Source: Nitrospirota bacterium
GTDB taxonomy: Bacteria > Nitrospirota > Thermodesulfovibrionia > Thermodesulfovibrionales > Magnetobacteriaceae
Assembly: GCA_015233895.1 (NCBI GenBank)
Contig: JADFXG010000011.1
Coordinates: forward strand, 37,212-101,211
Reading direction: 5' to 3'
DNA: 64,000 nucleotides
Shown here one piece after another: positions 17,944 through 28,038 of the stretch. The notes below the pieces were generated by a model that made no database searches, had not been told where the DNA came from, and worked only from the letters and a program-made list of their open reading frames with translations. How positions within the stretch are numbered: position 1 is the stretch's first letter; each line of letters begins with the position of its first letter. The translations under genes were made by a program, and so were the position numbers.

Positions 17944-18219
17944 TTAAGTTACATCTTTGACAATAGTGCCAAGTTGTCCTTTTATAGTATTAACCAAACT
18001 CTCTACACGGGTAAGAGTGATACAACAAACGTCTCCGTCTTTTTCCCATACACTTACTGCAAACTTATCTCCACCCTTTATTTTTGCTTTTTCGCGTAAA
18101 TCTTTGGGGAGCACCATCTGTCCCCTTTCATCAACACCTACTATGGCCTCAACTCTGCAACACGTATCAGTTAAACACATACTGAAATCATCTTTTACGT
18201 CACTTTTGTCTTTTTTCAC
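17944..18219 (-). CDS. AbrB/MazE/SpoVT-type DNA-binding domain protein with Cys clusters, first gene of the hgcAB operon
   Basis: ERGQMVLPKDLREKAKIKGGDKFAV is a looped-hinge-helix (SpoVT-AbrB) motif. It is flanked by CLTDTCC and DVCC cysteine clusters. Its stop is 14 nt from the hgcA start. Confidence 0.65.
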   Translation of the reverse strand: MKKDKSDVKDDFSMCLTDTCCRVEAIVGVDERGQMVLPKDLREKAKIKGGDKFAVSVWEKDGDVCCITLTRVESLVNTIKGQLGTIVKDVT

Positions 18220-18273
18220 AACACCTTCCTTTTATTAATTATTCATAATATTCTGATTTAACTGATATTACTT

Positions 18274-18302
18274 ACTATGCTGATAATTCTTATTTTTGTC
18301 AA
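18274..18302 (-). promoter_or_regulatory. Candidate promoter of the abrB-like/hgcA/hgcB operon
   Basis: On the minus strand: TTGACA (18302-18297), a 17-nt spacer, then CATAGT (18279-18274). Confidence 0.4.
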
Positions 18303-18433
18303 GTAAAAATTTTGTGTTTCTATCTGTGGTTTGTTTTATTCTCTTTATCCATTCAATTGATGCTATATCGTAACCCTTGAGGGATAACTCTGATTATTCT
18401 ATGCAGGCTTGCTGAAAGGACACTGTTTATCTA

Positions 18434-21400
18434 TCACTCCTGCCATATTCCCTGCCAGTTGTTATCAGGGAGGAATTCTTTGAGGTGTTCTGTTGTTTTA
18501 AGGTATTTAGCGCTGGGGCCGTCGTGCGGGTCAATGGAAAGGCAGTGTTTAAAGCTTTCAGCGGCCTCATCCCAATTTCTGTTATAGTAGTGTTGTTGAG
18601 CCATATTGAAGATGTTTAACAGTGTTTTTTTATTTTCATCAAGCGTACAGAAGTTTGATATCAGTTCATGGAACTCGTTAGGGCGCTTTTTTAGTTGTGA
18701 TGCAAACTGATTAAGCCGTTCATTTATAATCCGCTCGTTTGTTTTCATTTCAGCGGTTATAGCAGTAGTATCAACGCTGATACCAGATTTATTCAAAAGT
18801 GTTTTCAGATGCTCTGAAAGCTCTGTTGCGATTTTGTCAGCCTCAGTTGCATACGATATTCTTTTATTAATTGATAGCAGTCTTTTCTCAAGTACATCCA
18901 CTCTGCTATAGAGTGAATCTGACAGAGCACGCTCACCCATGTCTTTTAATATTTTTATATAAGGCACAGCCTTTATAATCTCTTTATACAATTCGGAAAG
19001 CCTTTTCTCTGTGAATGATACGTTAGAGGTGGATTGAGGCTCCGGAATCGGGATGCTTAAAGTTACGGCATGCCCTTCAGTTTTAAGGAGAAGCGTTTTT
19101 ATCTCTGCTTCAATTTCTGTAATGTTGAGAATATCCTTTGATTTCATATACTGTACAGCAACGGTGGAAAGTTCGGAAAACATGGTCTTTATTTCAGTTA
19201 ACAGTTCCGAGCCGGGTAAATCTTTTTCGGAGAAATAGTCATGATAACCGATGACCTTTTCAGGGCGCATTCTGCTTAAAGAATTCAAAATAAGCGCAGG
19301 GATTGGCTTGTCTTTCCAAAAGTTAAGAAAACGGTCTTTCCTCCAGCCTATGACCTCATATATCTTAACAGATTGTGCAGCGTGAGCTCTTTCAAATGCA
19401 CCGAGGTTACGTGCCTCGATGTGGTCCTTTACGAGGTCATAGGTACTCTCTGACATCATGATGCACGTATCAAAGATCTTATTAGCTGGTTCAAGCTCCT
19501 CAGCAAATGTTGCGGCATCACCCATGGCTGTGTACTGCATATGATTGTACGAGCCCATAATGGCTGCTGAGATTACGCCCGTGTTGATTCCCATTCGTGC
19601 TGTTATCATAACCCCATACTCTATGGCTATCATACGCTGGATGACTTTTAATTCCTCCTGGCTATACAGTGCACTGAGGCAACACTTCAGGGCCTGATCA
19701 TTATCGTCAAGAGGAATACCAAAGTCAGCCTTAATAGCATCTCCCTCATACTTGTCAACGTATCCGTCATAAGACATTATGATGTTGCTCATTGGCGTAA
19801 GATAGATGTTAAGAATATCAGCAAGTTCCCTGGATGTCACACCCTCAGATATAGTTGTAAAGCCGGATACGTCGGATGAAAACATTGTAGCAAGTTTTTT
19901 CTCACCTCCACGGTTAAACTTTTCAGGATGCTTCTCTAGCATCTTAAGCACTTCAGGAGATACCATGGCAGAGAACATTTTACGAATTTTTTGCCGTTCC
20001 ATACTCTCCCTTATGTACTTATATAAAATTCCTGAGATAAAGGCAAGGGCAATTGCAGATACTGCCTGAAATGTAGGCAGAAGCAGCCCCTGTTTTGTAA
20101 AGAAATACCAATCAAGCATTGCGTACACTGCGGTAACTAATAAAGTTACAGGACCGCTCCTAATCGGAGTAAACAACATAACTACGTTAAGAACAATAAC
20201 TACCAAAATAAAATTCAGAGAATATTTTAGCCACACCGGACAGTCTGTCAAAAACTGGCCTGTCATAATTGTGTTAAGCACATTGGGCATAAGGTCAAGC
20301 ATGGGATGATGTCTAAGGTATGGAGTAGGATTCAGTGCGGTCAAAGCGGTAGCGGTCAAGCCATAAAACACTATCTTATCTTTCAGATAAAGAGGTGATA
20401 TAACTGTGCGTTTACTGTCTATATCAATATCCGGCATAACAAAAAACAAAGGGCGTACCCTATAAACGTCGTTTCTTTTAATGTGGTAGGCAATCAAGTT
20501 GTAAGATTCCGTTAAGTTCATTGATTTAAGGTCATTTTCGGTAAGAGACAAGTCTGTGATAACATCTTTAAGTGGAGGGACTACTTTGTTTTCCACATGC
20601 TTTTTAACTATATAATTGTTAAACTTAATCTGCTTTGCCATCGAAAGCCAGAAATTATCTGTAGGGTCAAGTCCCATGGATGTCAGAGCCTCTGCTTCTG
20701 ACATCCCGTGGTCAACTATGTTTTGTTCAATATAAAAGGCTGCAAAAGCACGGGCGAAAATTTTATCAGCTGCTTCTTTAGATATATAAGGCAACTCAGA
20801 AAGTTTTAGAGGCACATATTTTTCTATATCCTCAGCTACAGGAATCTTTTTGATTTCATCCTTAGTAATCTGATACGCTACCAGTTCGGATATCATGCTA
20901 AAGGGCAGACGCGCAAATGTATCATTATAGCTGCCCGCCCAGTTAATGTTCATGCTGCCTGTGTTGTCAACAGGAATCTTTACGAAGGAGTTTTTTCCTT
21001 TTAGTTTTATATATCGACTGTCACCTGTGTAAATATTCTCTGTATGAAGCAGCTTGCGGACAAGGTTAAGCGGAAGTGAACCGTATAGCATGTTTTGGTA
21101 TATAGCCATAAGAGGATACTTTCTAACCACACCGTCAGGGGAAAGGTGGATTTGGTTAAATCCTGCGCAAGCCATGCTTTTTAAGATACTCTCTTTGGGT
21201 ATGATTATGTTTGTAGCTACAGGGAAATTCCATTTAGAGCCTTCTACCGCAGTTTTTGCTGAAAGAAGTTCTAAGCTGTGTTTTTCTATAGTTGTGGCGG
21301 ATGTCTTTAGTGTGCCGGTAACACTATGTTTGCCATCCGGTTCCGGTATTTTAAAATCAACATCTGCACAAGCATTGCCATTTTTCTTTAAACTGTCACT

Positions 21401-21838
21401 CAGATACTCCTCATAGTCAGGAATTGTGGAACCAATGTCCTTTTTCCCATATCCGGCAAGAATTCTATTTTTGACACTCTCTAAAGAACCCCTGTCTATG
21501 GCGTTATTGCTGCCTTGTGAAAAATCCATGTTAACAAAAACAATATCCGCAACACCGTATTCAGTCAGAAAATTCACGATGTCACCGTGTATGAACCACG
21601 GCCATGGCCACCGTCCGGTAACATCTATGTCTTTGTCGTCAATGTCAAGAGTTATGATGTTGGGGTAAATCTTAATTTTAGGCCTTAACTGAAATTTTAC
21701 ATTTAAAATCCTGTTTTCTATGATGTCAAATGATCCCAGAGCGATAAAAAGTGTTAAAAACAGGGAAACGGAAAGTAAGAGAGCCGCCATAGGAACAAAT
21801 CGTTTGTACCTTTGAGTTGCTAATAAAAGAAATTTCAT
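18434..21838 (-). CDS. CHASE2-domain class III adenylate/guanylate cyclase with TPR-like tail (copy 2)
   Basis: I prefer the start MKFLLLATQ at 21838, 1 nt after the upstream stop. It has an N-terminal TM segment, the CHASE2 motif DDKDIDVTGRWPWPW, and 3 TM helices. The cyclase core is ATMFSSDVSGFTTISEG...YEGDAIKADFGIP...GINTG. The C-terminus has a TPR-like ...W.EA...F...L...P.DGP motif. Confidence 0.85.
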   Translation of the reverse strand: MKFLLLATQRYKRFVPMAALLLSVSLFLTLFIALGSFDIIENRILNVKFQLRPKIKIYPNIITLDIDDKDIDVTGRWPWPWFIHGDIVNFLTEYGVADIVFVNMDFSQGSNNAIDRGSLESVKNRILAGYGKKDIGSTIPDYEEYLSDSLKKNGNACADVDFKIPEPDGKHSVTGTLKTSATTIEKHSLELLSAKTAVEGSKWNFPVATNIIIPKESILKSMACAGFNQIHLSPDGVVRKYPLMAIYQNMLYGSLPLNLVRKLLHTENIYTGDSRYIKLKGKNSFVKIPVDNTGSMNINWAGSYNDTFARLPFSMISELVAYQITKDEIKKIPVAEDIEKYVPLKLSELPYISKEAADKIFARAFAAFYIEQNIVDHGMSEAEALTSMGLDPTDNFWLSMAKQIKFNNYIVKKHVENKVVPPLKDVITDLSLTENDLKSMNLTESYNLIAYHIKRNDVYRVRPLFFVMPDIDIDSKRTVISPLYLKDKIVFYGLTATALTALNPTPYLRHHPMLDLMPNVLNTIMTGQFLTDCPVWLKYSLNFILVVIVLNVVMLFTPIRSGPVTLLVTAVYAMLDWYFFTKQGLLLPTFQAVSAIALAFISGILYKYIRESMERQKIRKMFSAMVSPEVLKMLEKHPEKFNRGGEKKLATMFSSDVSGFTTISEGVTSRELADILNIYLTPMSNIIMSYDGYVDKYEGDAIKADFGIPLDDNDQALKCCLSALYSQEELKVIQRMIAIEYGVMITARMGINTGVISAAIMGSYNHMQYTAMGDAATFAEELEPANKIFDTCIMMSESTYDLVKDHIEARNLGAFERAHAAQSVKIYEVIGWRKDRFLNFWKDKPIPALILNSLSRMRPEKVIGYHDYFSEKDLPGSELLTEIKTMFSELSTVAVQYMKSKDILNITEIEAEIKTLLLKTEGHAVTLSIPIPEPQSTSNVSFTEKRLSELYKEIIKAVPYIKILKDMGERALSDSLYSRVDVLEKRLLSINKRISYATEADKIATELSEHLKTLLNKSGISVDTTAITAEMKTNERIINERLNQFASQLKKRPNEFHELISNFCTLDENKKTLLNIFNMAQQHYYNRNWDEAAESFKHCLSIDPHDGPSAKYLKTTEHLKEFLPDNNWQGIWQE

Positions 21839-21839
21839 A

Positions 21840-24800
21840 TCATTTCCTTGTCTGGATAAACTCACCTTGCCACGATGGCGGAGGAGGAGATTCCTTATAA
21901 AACTCTATTCTTTTAATTAAAGACTCAGCCGGAGGGTCTCCCGGCAGTACTGCCGCCGAAAGTTTAAACATATCGAGAGCCTCATCCCATTTCCGCTGAA
22001 AATACAACTGCAACCCTGCCTCGTAGTGCGTTTTTGACTTTAATACCGCATCAGAAGGACTGCCAAGATGTGCAGCCATTTCATGATATACCTCTGGCTT
22101 AAGTTGAAGCTTTGCATAGAATTGTTCTACGACAGTCCTGAACTTTGCCTGATAATTAAGTAAAGATACATTGAGTTTTCTTATTTGTGCCTCTGATGAG
22201 CCTTTAACTTGTTGTATATATCTTTCCATTTCGTTTATACAGCCAATGATAACTTCACTTTCAGGATTTTCTTTTAAAAGAAAACGATTTTGAAATAAAC
22301 TGGCTTTTGCTAACACGTTGTTAGACTCTTCTGATAGCTCATTCAGAGTGTAATCGGTGTGTTTTATCGTATGAGCACTCTCGGAAATCAAATTTTTCAT
22401 GCTGCTTAGTTCTGTAACAATGTCGGAAAGTACATCATTTTTGGGCAGAAATGGTTTAAACTCACGGCCAAAAACATTTGCCATACTATGTCTGAGCTGT
22501 CTCATAGCCATAACTATACCAAGAAATTCAATCCTCCACTCAGTTATTAAAAGCTCTGAGACAAGAGGTATGGTATTGTCAAAAAAGGTGAAAATCTCAA
22601 CAGCTGATTCAAATCCTGTGTCCTTAGCACGTTTTTTCCACACATCCCTGTAACAGAAAAACTTCTCGGCAGAGCACTTTAACCAGTTATACTTTACAAA
22701 TTGCGGAACTGGTTTGGATTTATGAAAATCTCTGTAAGCCTCCGTAACCCACCCAAGGACCTCATATATTGCAGTAGGTTTTGTTTTTCCTTTAAGCAGC
22801 AGCTTATCCAACATCCTCAGGTGTACGTAGTCTTTTATTTCAGGAACGGTGTCTTTTCCTGTCAGAGCATTTCTTGCGTTATAGATAAAATTAGCAGCCA
22901 TAAACCGTGCGGATACGTTAACTGAATCCCCCATGACGGTGTACTGGAATTTTCCTTCAGATCCCATATTACCCGCTGAAACGTATCCAAAATTAAACCC
23001 CATCGAGACAGACACTGGCCGCCCATAGCGCATGGTAACAAATCTTTTAAAAGCCTCTATGTCAAGATTCTGTTCGATAGTGGCAAAGGCACACTTTACA
23101 GCGCTCTGCGGGTCATCCAGAGGGACTCCGAAGTCAGCCATGATGACGTGTCCTTCGTACTTATCTATATAACCGTCATAGCTGGTAATGATCTCGCTGT
23201 TGGGAGACAAATATATGCTCAGTATGGCCGGCAGTTCATCCGGAGACACATCTTTAACAATATCCGACATGCCTTGTATAAGAGAAAAAAATGTTGTCAC
23301 GGCTTTTCTTTCACCTGTCAGAGCGAATTTGTCAGGATTGTTTTCCATCGTCTTTAAAATAGATGGCGAAACCATCTTGGAAAACATTAGTCTCATTAGT
23401 TTTCTTTCAAAATATGCCTCCACATACCTCACAAGCGCTAAAGCCAGAAATGTAATTGCAATAGCCCCCACTGGCACCACCCAATTAAACCAGTACCCTT
23501 TTGTAACCCACAATCTGTACGTAACAATGATATAGCTAAGGGCTAAGACAGCTGAGGCTGGAAAAGCCATCTGAAGGACTAAAAAACTGCAAAGCAAGCC
23601 GGTTATAATGGAAAGAAGTATGGTGATAGCATAAGTATAAGTCTCAGGAACGTGCCACAGGAAATTACCTGTCAGTATGGTGTTTATGGCATTTAGGTGA
23701 TAAGAGACCATAGGTGAGCTTTTTTCAAAAGGGGTTGGATTAAGATCAATAGTGCCGGTGCCGGTAAGACCTGCTATGAAAAGTTTGTTGTTAAGGTCAA
23801 CCGGAGAAAAAGGTGATAAAACTCCATTATTTTTTACTTGTAGCAACGGTGGGAAGTAGTACGGATAAATGTCTCTTAATCGTCCTTTTTTTGCAAAAGA
23901 ATGAATATTTCTAAATATTTCAAAGACAAGTTGGGCATCTGTATTTTGTGGATAGACTTTATTGAACTCTTCAAAGGTAATGGAGGGCTTCTGAGTAATA
24001 ACTTTTTCAATATTGTATGCAACCCTGATTTCATTTAAGTCTTTCTTAAGGCTGCTGCCGTTATTGTCATAGAGCTTCATAGTTTCAAAGACAACATTGT
24101 CGTCAACTCCTGAATCAATCAGTTTAGATATAAACCAGGCATTTGCGGTTTTTTCAGAAATTTGTGAACTTTCCGCGCCAGTGACAAGGCTTTCCTCGTC
24201 AATAGCTGTTTTAATTGTTGTTTTAAGAGCCTTAAAACCCTCTGCTGTCAGTTCATAGTTTGATTTCCTCGCCTCTTCTTTTGCCCGTATAACGGCATAG
24301 TAGTATGATATGTGTCTAAAGGGCACGTGCAGAAATGTGTCATTAGATTTACCTGCCCAGTTGACAAGCATTTGAAAGTGCTTATCAATGGGGATTTCAA
24401 TATCAGAGCGGGTTTGAGCATTTAGCTTTTTAGCGTTTTTTAAAGTTAAAGATTCTCCCTGAGAAATTCTCATTTCATTTAGTTTAAAGTCAAGGACGTT
24501 GGAGAGCATTGAAAGCACCAGAGGATAAATCTCAGAGTTATCATAGTATCTAAGTAGTGGGTAGTTTCTGACCACTGAGTCTTCATCAAATCCTGGTTGT
24601 GCAAAGCCAAGGCCAGTGGAGGCTGTGATAAATTCAGGAGATGGCGGTGTGATGTTTATGTCTTTAAGCAGTGAGCTATTATAAGCAGTAGAAGTTGGCA
24701 AAAACGTTTTCTTTAATAACCCCATTGAGGCCTTCTCTGAGTCTGTCATCTCAGAGTTTAAGCGCTTAGTTTGCCCAAGAACTTTATTTATATCATTAGT

Positions 24801-25313
24801 GACAGCGGTTTTGCCATAAATTTTGGTGAAATAAGCAAGATAGACAATCCCTGCTTTTCTGATTGACTCTGCAAATTCCTTATCGTAATCCTTAAAAGAG
24901 GTTTCAACCACAGTGTTAAATTCCTTAAAGCCATGAGTAATTTCTGCTGATGTATAATCTCTGATTTTTTCAGGTAAAAAACGTACATTTTCCTTTTCAA
25001 CAAAAAACACATCAAACCCGATGGCTTTAGCACCATAAAAACTCAAAGTATTAACAAGGGCTACCTCGCGCATCCTGGACCACGGCCACTGCCCGCATAA
25101 GGACAGTGATTCGTCATCAAAATCTATATAGCCTATATCTTTAGATGTTGCAACAGGAGGCCTTAACCGGTATCTGAGGTCAAGCGTGTAGAGTTCTATG
25201 TCATTCGGAATCTTTAAAAATCCTGAAAAGATCGCAATGGCACCAATTATAAAACCAAACAGAACTCCATAGAGTGTTTTTCCTGTTTTTGTCTTTAGAT
25301 TGAGTAATTTCAT
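21840..25313 (-). CDS. CHASE2-domain class III adenylate/guanylate cyclase with TPR-like tail (copy 1)
   Basis: It has the same architecture as its neighbour: DDESLSLCGQWPWSRM (CHASE2), TM helices, VTTFFSLIQGMSDI...YEGHVIMADFGVP (cyclase) and a TPR-like tail. Confidence 0.85.
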   Translation of the reverse strand: MKLLNLKTKTGKTLYGVLFGFIIGAIAIFSGFLKIPNDIELYTLDLRYRLRPPVATSKDIGYIDFDDESLSLCGQWPWSRMREVALVNTLSFYGAKAIGFDVFFVEKENVRFLPEKIRDYTSAEITHGFKEFNTVVETSFKDYDKEFAESIRKAGIVYLAYFTKIYGKTAVTNDINKVLGQTKRLNSEMTDSEKASMGLLKKTFLPTSTAYNSSLLKDINITPPSPEFITASTGLGFAQPGFDEDSVVRNYPLLRYYDNSEIYPLVLSMLSNVLDFKLNEMRISQGESLTLKNAKKLNAQTRSDIEIPIDKHFQMLVNWAGKSNDTFLHVPFRHISYYYAVIRAKEEARKSNYELTAEGFKALKTTIKTAIDEESLVTGAESSQISEKTANAWFISKLIDSGVDDNVVFETMKLYDNNGSSLKKDLNEIRVAYNIEKVITQKPSITFEEFNKVYPQNTDAQLVFEIFRNIHSFAKKGRLRDIYPYYFPPLLQVKNNGVLSPFSPVDLNNKLFIAGLTGTGTIDLNPTPFEKSSPMVSYHLNAINTILTGNFLWHVPETYTYAITILLSIITGLLCSFLVLQMAFPASAVLALSYIIVTYRLWVTKGYWFNWVVPVGAIAITFLALALVRYVEAYFERKLMRLMFSKMVSPSILKTMENNPDKFALTGERKAVTTFFSLIQGMSDIVKDVSPDELPAILSIYLSPNSEIITSYDGYIDKYEGHVIMADFGVPLDDPQSAVKCAFATIEQNLDIEAFKRFVTMRYGRPVSVSMGFNFGYVSAGNMGSEGKFQYTVMGDSVNVSARFMAANFIYNARNALTGKDTVPEIKDYVHLRMLDKLLLKGKTKPTAIYEVLGWVTEAYRDFHKSKPVPQFVKYNWLKCSAEKFFCYRDVWKKRAKDTGFESAVEIFTFFDNTIPLVSELLITEWRIEFLGIVMAMRQLRHSMANVFGREFKPFLPKNDVLSDIVTELSSMKNLISESAHTIKHTDYTLNELSEESNNVLAKASLFQNRFLLKENPESEVIIGCINEMERYIQQVKGSSEAQIRKLNVSLLNYQAKFRTVVEQFYAKLQLKPEVYHEMAAHLGSPSDAVLKSKTHYEAGLQLYFQRKWDEALDMFKLSAAVLPGDPPAESLIKRIEFYKESPPPPSWQGEFIQTRK

Positions 25314-25381
25314 TATTTGAGAGAGTAGTCATCTTACTAATGGCACAAAGCCAAAAATACAGTTTCCTATCTGTTAGTGTT

Positions 25382-25903
25382 TCATTGTTTTTGGTTATAC
25401 AATTCTATAATTTTATCTGTCACGTCAATAGATGACTTGTGGTAAGCTATCCCACCGGTGTTTTTCTCCATTATAATTGTATAGTCGTATTTTTTCCCTA
25501 TCTCATTTATTATTTCATTTAAGTCTTTAAACACCTGGGCTTTCAGCCATTTTTCCATCTTGAGCACTTCCTGATCGAGATCTTCTTTCTGTCTTTTCAG
25601 TTCTTTCAGTTTCTGGGTAAATTGCTCTTCTGTTTTTAGTTTTTCCTCCAGTTTGAGGTCTGCCTTGTCAATTTTCTCTTTTAACTTTTTAAGTTCCTCT
25701 TCTTTTTGCACAAAAGGAACCTTCTTTTTTGATAACGTATCATCATATCTTTTCTGGTATTGCTTTACAGGTTTAGCCTCAGCAATTACTCTCTGTATTT
25801 CAAACACTCCAATTTTTATAGACTCAGCACTTTGTGCACTAACGGTAAACACTGTAAATACTTGCACAAGAACACAAATAGCTATCAGTGGAAATCTCTT
25901 CAT
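25382..25903 (-). CDS. Skp/OmpH-family periplasmic chaperone
   Basis: I prefer the start MKRFPLIAI at 25903 with an AGGAGG RBS. It has a signal peptide ending SAQS, then KIGVFEIQRVI..., then a long Lys/Glu coiled-coil arm. The size of 173 aa fits the family. Confidence 0.75.
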   Translation of the reverse strand: MKRFPLIAICVLVQVFTVFTVSAQSAESIKIGVFEIQRVIAEAKPVKQYQKRYDDTLSKKKVPFVQKEEELKKLKEKIDKADLKLEEKLKTEEQFTQKLKELKRQKEDLDQEVLKMEKWLKAQVFKDLNEIINEIGKKYDYTIIMEKNTGGIAYHKSSIDVTDKIIELYNQKQ

Positions 25904-25922
25904 CACTATATTTCTCAACCTC

Positions 25923-27458
25923 CTAAAGTTTATACTCAATTCCGGCAGTGTACATGTTTCGTATGTATTCGTAAATGAAAACATTAGATTTAACATCTGA
26001 ATGTGTGAAGTTAAAGTTGACAGTAACATTCTTCATGACTTGCCAAATGAGACTTGCACCACCCGTATAAGAATCATCCCTCCTCATAACATAAAACACA
26101 TCATTTACATTACTGTATCTTTGGAAAAATGCCTCACCTGTAAGTATGCCTGTAAGAGTTTTTTCTTTAACAGGAACAACAAGTCCAACATTGAACTTAT
26201 GTCCTTCATTTACCCAATTACTGCCTAAGGTGTTATCAAAGGAGTAATCGTACTTTATGTTAAGCATGCCGAGGCCTTTGGAAAAAGCATACACATAACC
26301 CAGACCAGTTAGGTATCTGTCCGCATCCCTGTTCTCTTCAGGAGCGAATACCTGTCCCATCATTTTAAGCTTCTCAATACCCATATACATTTGCACTATG
26401 TTGTTAGGCTTAAAGACCCAACTGTAAGTAGGCTTAACAGATAAAGAATACATGTAGGGCGTATCTCTCAGTACAGCATGTGTGAAGGAGATGGGAAATG
26501 AAACTGCAGAGTTTTTGAGATTATATCCTGGGTTTAAAGTTAAACTATTTACATATAAATTATGGGTCTCATTTTTAAAATAAACCGTACTAAGGAAATT
26601 ATATTGAGCATTGAGAAACCATTTGCTGCCAAGGTTTGGACGATAATCCACTCTAAGCATGTTTAATATGGCGCTGTCTTTTTCCCCTGTAATTATTAAC
26701 CCAGGAATATCATCAACGGGTTTGTCTAACACATTGTCGTCATACCTGTAAGACATACCAATAGTAACTTGCCACGGCTTGAACATCTCCTTGCCTTTTG
26801 CTAACTCCTTTTGATACTCCTTTGCAAATGTAGCCGTATCAGATTTCGGATCAGCTGCTACCACGTTGTCCAGATAGCTGGAGGCTTCATCAAATCGTCT
26901 CTCCCTGCCATACGCTATAGCCAGTTGGAAATCTGCTGTCTGAGCCACTGTTGGATCAAGCTCTTTAGCTTTTTTAAATGCAGTTATGGCCTCAGAGTTA
27001 TCATCATCTTTTAACAACACCAACCCTTTTAAAAACGCAATCTGTCCTGGTACTACATCGTTATTTTCTGCTTTTTGTATCCACTGCAGCGCCTCTTCAA
27101 GTTTATTTGAGACATACAGGGTTCCTATCAGCTCCACATAGGCCTCTTTCATCGGGGGTACATAGTGGAGTGATTCTTTAAGATACTTCTCCGCACTTTT
27201 TAAATCACCTATCTTCTTAAAAGTAATCCCCAGATAATAAGATATAACTGAGGTGGCAGGTTGCTCCTGTTGGGCTTTTTTTAACAGCTCCAACGCCTCC
27301 TCGTAATTCTCAGCCTTAAACTGCTCTATTCCTTCAGATATATAGTCTGTGGCTCCATGTAAAGCATTGGGACTTAATCCCAGAAGCAAAATCAAAACAC
27401 ATATACTTACTGCTCTCTTAAGAGCAACTCCACTCACTTTTATATTTACCACGAGCAA
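25923..27458 (-). CDS. Outer-membrane protein: N-terminal TPR domain plus C-terminal beta-barrel (Slam/DUF560-like architecture)
   Basis: It has a signal peptide (..LLLGLSPNALHG) and about 200 aa of TPR repeats (AENYEEALELLKKA.., YYLGITFKKIGDLKSAEKYL.., AFKKAKELDPT..). About 300 aa of alternating-hydrophobic strands follow, rich in Y/N/G turns and ending ...YTAGIEYKL. The exact start is uncertain: TTG at 27458 or GTG at 27452. Confidence 0.65.
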   Translation of the reverse strand: MLVVNIKVSGVALKRAVSICVLILLLGLSPNALHGATDYISEGIEQFKAENYEEALELLKKAQQEQPATSVISYYLGITFKKIGDLKSAEKYLKESLHYVPPMKEAYVELIGTLYVSNKLEEALQWIQKAENNDVVPGQIAFLKGLVLLKDDDNSEAITAFKKAKELDPTVAQTADFQLAIAYGRERRFDEASSYLDNVVAADPKSDTATFAKEYQKELAKGKEMFKPWQVTIGMSYRYDDNVLDKPVDDIPGLIITGEKDSAILNMLRVDYRPNLGSKWFLNAQYNFLSTVYFKNETHNLYVNSLTLNPGYNLKNSAVSFPISFTHAVLRDTPYMYSLSVKPTYSWVFKPNNIVQMYMGIEKLKMMGQVFAPEENRDADRYLTGLGYVYAFSKGLGMLNIKYDYSFDNTLGSNWVNEGHKFNVGLVVPVKEKTLTGILTGEAFFQRYSNVNDVFYVMRRDDSYTGGASLIWQVMKNVTVNFNFTHSDVKSNVFIYEYIRNMYTAGIEYKL

Positions 27459-27495
27459 ATCTCCATTGAATCGTCTATATTTTTAGCAACGCTGT

Positions 27496-28038
27496 TTAAT
27501 GCGCAACAGTGTAGCCTGTAACATTGTCTTCACATAAAATACCTGTTACGGCTCTTTTTGGAGCAGTTAACCCCTGTAAACATGTCATGAGTATGTTTAA
27601 GCACGATGCTTGAATGCCAGAGGAGTCAAATGACACGTTACCTATAAATGAAAGAGTCCCCCCATAGGCGCCGGATGTACCAACATCTGTTGAGGATAAT
27701 GTTAAAGTTTCATAACCTGTGACAGGGCTATAGACAGAAGCTGTTTTCCCTGAGAAAGCTATCTGTCGTGTCATCGAACTTTTGAGCAGGCTTGCGGTGC
27801 TAAAAGTTTGTGTTGTTGATGTTGGCGTATCGTTGTCTGCTGAGTCCACTGTAAAGCTGACTGTCATATTTTCTGAGGACATGTTAGATGTCAAACAGTA
27901 CACAACGTTATTTGTACTTGTATGTAGATACGGCAGATGATAATAGACAGCAGTATTGGCAGGAACATTACTGATGGCAAAAAGAATGATAATAAAAAGA
28001 CTAAATAATATTATTGCATATTTCCCTAAATTTTTCAT
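27496..28038 (-). CDS. Secreted protein consisting only of the CTD (type A, ends TVAH)
   Basis: A signal peptide is followed directly by VYYHLPYLHTSTNNVVYCLTSNMSSENMTVSFTV...GAYGGTLSFIGN...SGIQASCLNILMTCLQGLTAPKRAVTGILCEDN. An ATGA overlap couples it to the FecR-domain gene stop, and it has an AGGAGA RBS. Confidence 0.8.
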   Translation of the reverse strand: MKNLGKYAIILFSLFIIILFAISNVPANTAVYYHLPYLHTSTNNVVYCLTSNMSSENMTVSFTVDSADNDTPTSTTQTFSTASLLKSSMTRQIAFSGKTASVYSPVTGYETLTLSSTDVGTSGAYGGTLSFIGNVSFDSSGIQASCLNILMTCLQGLTAPKRAVTGILCEDNVTGYTVAH

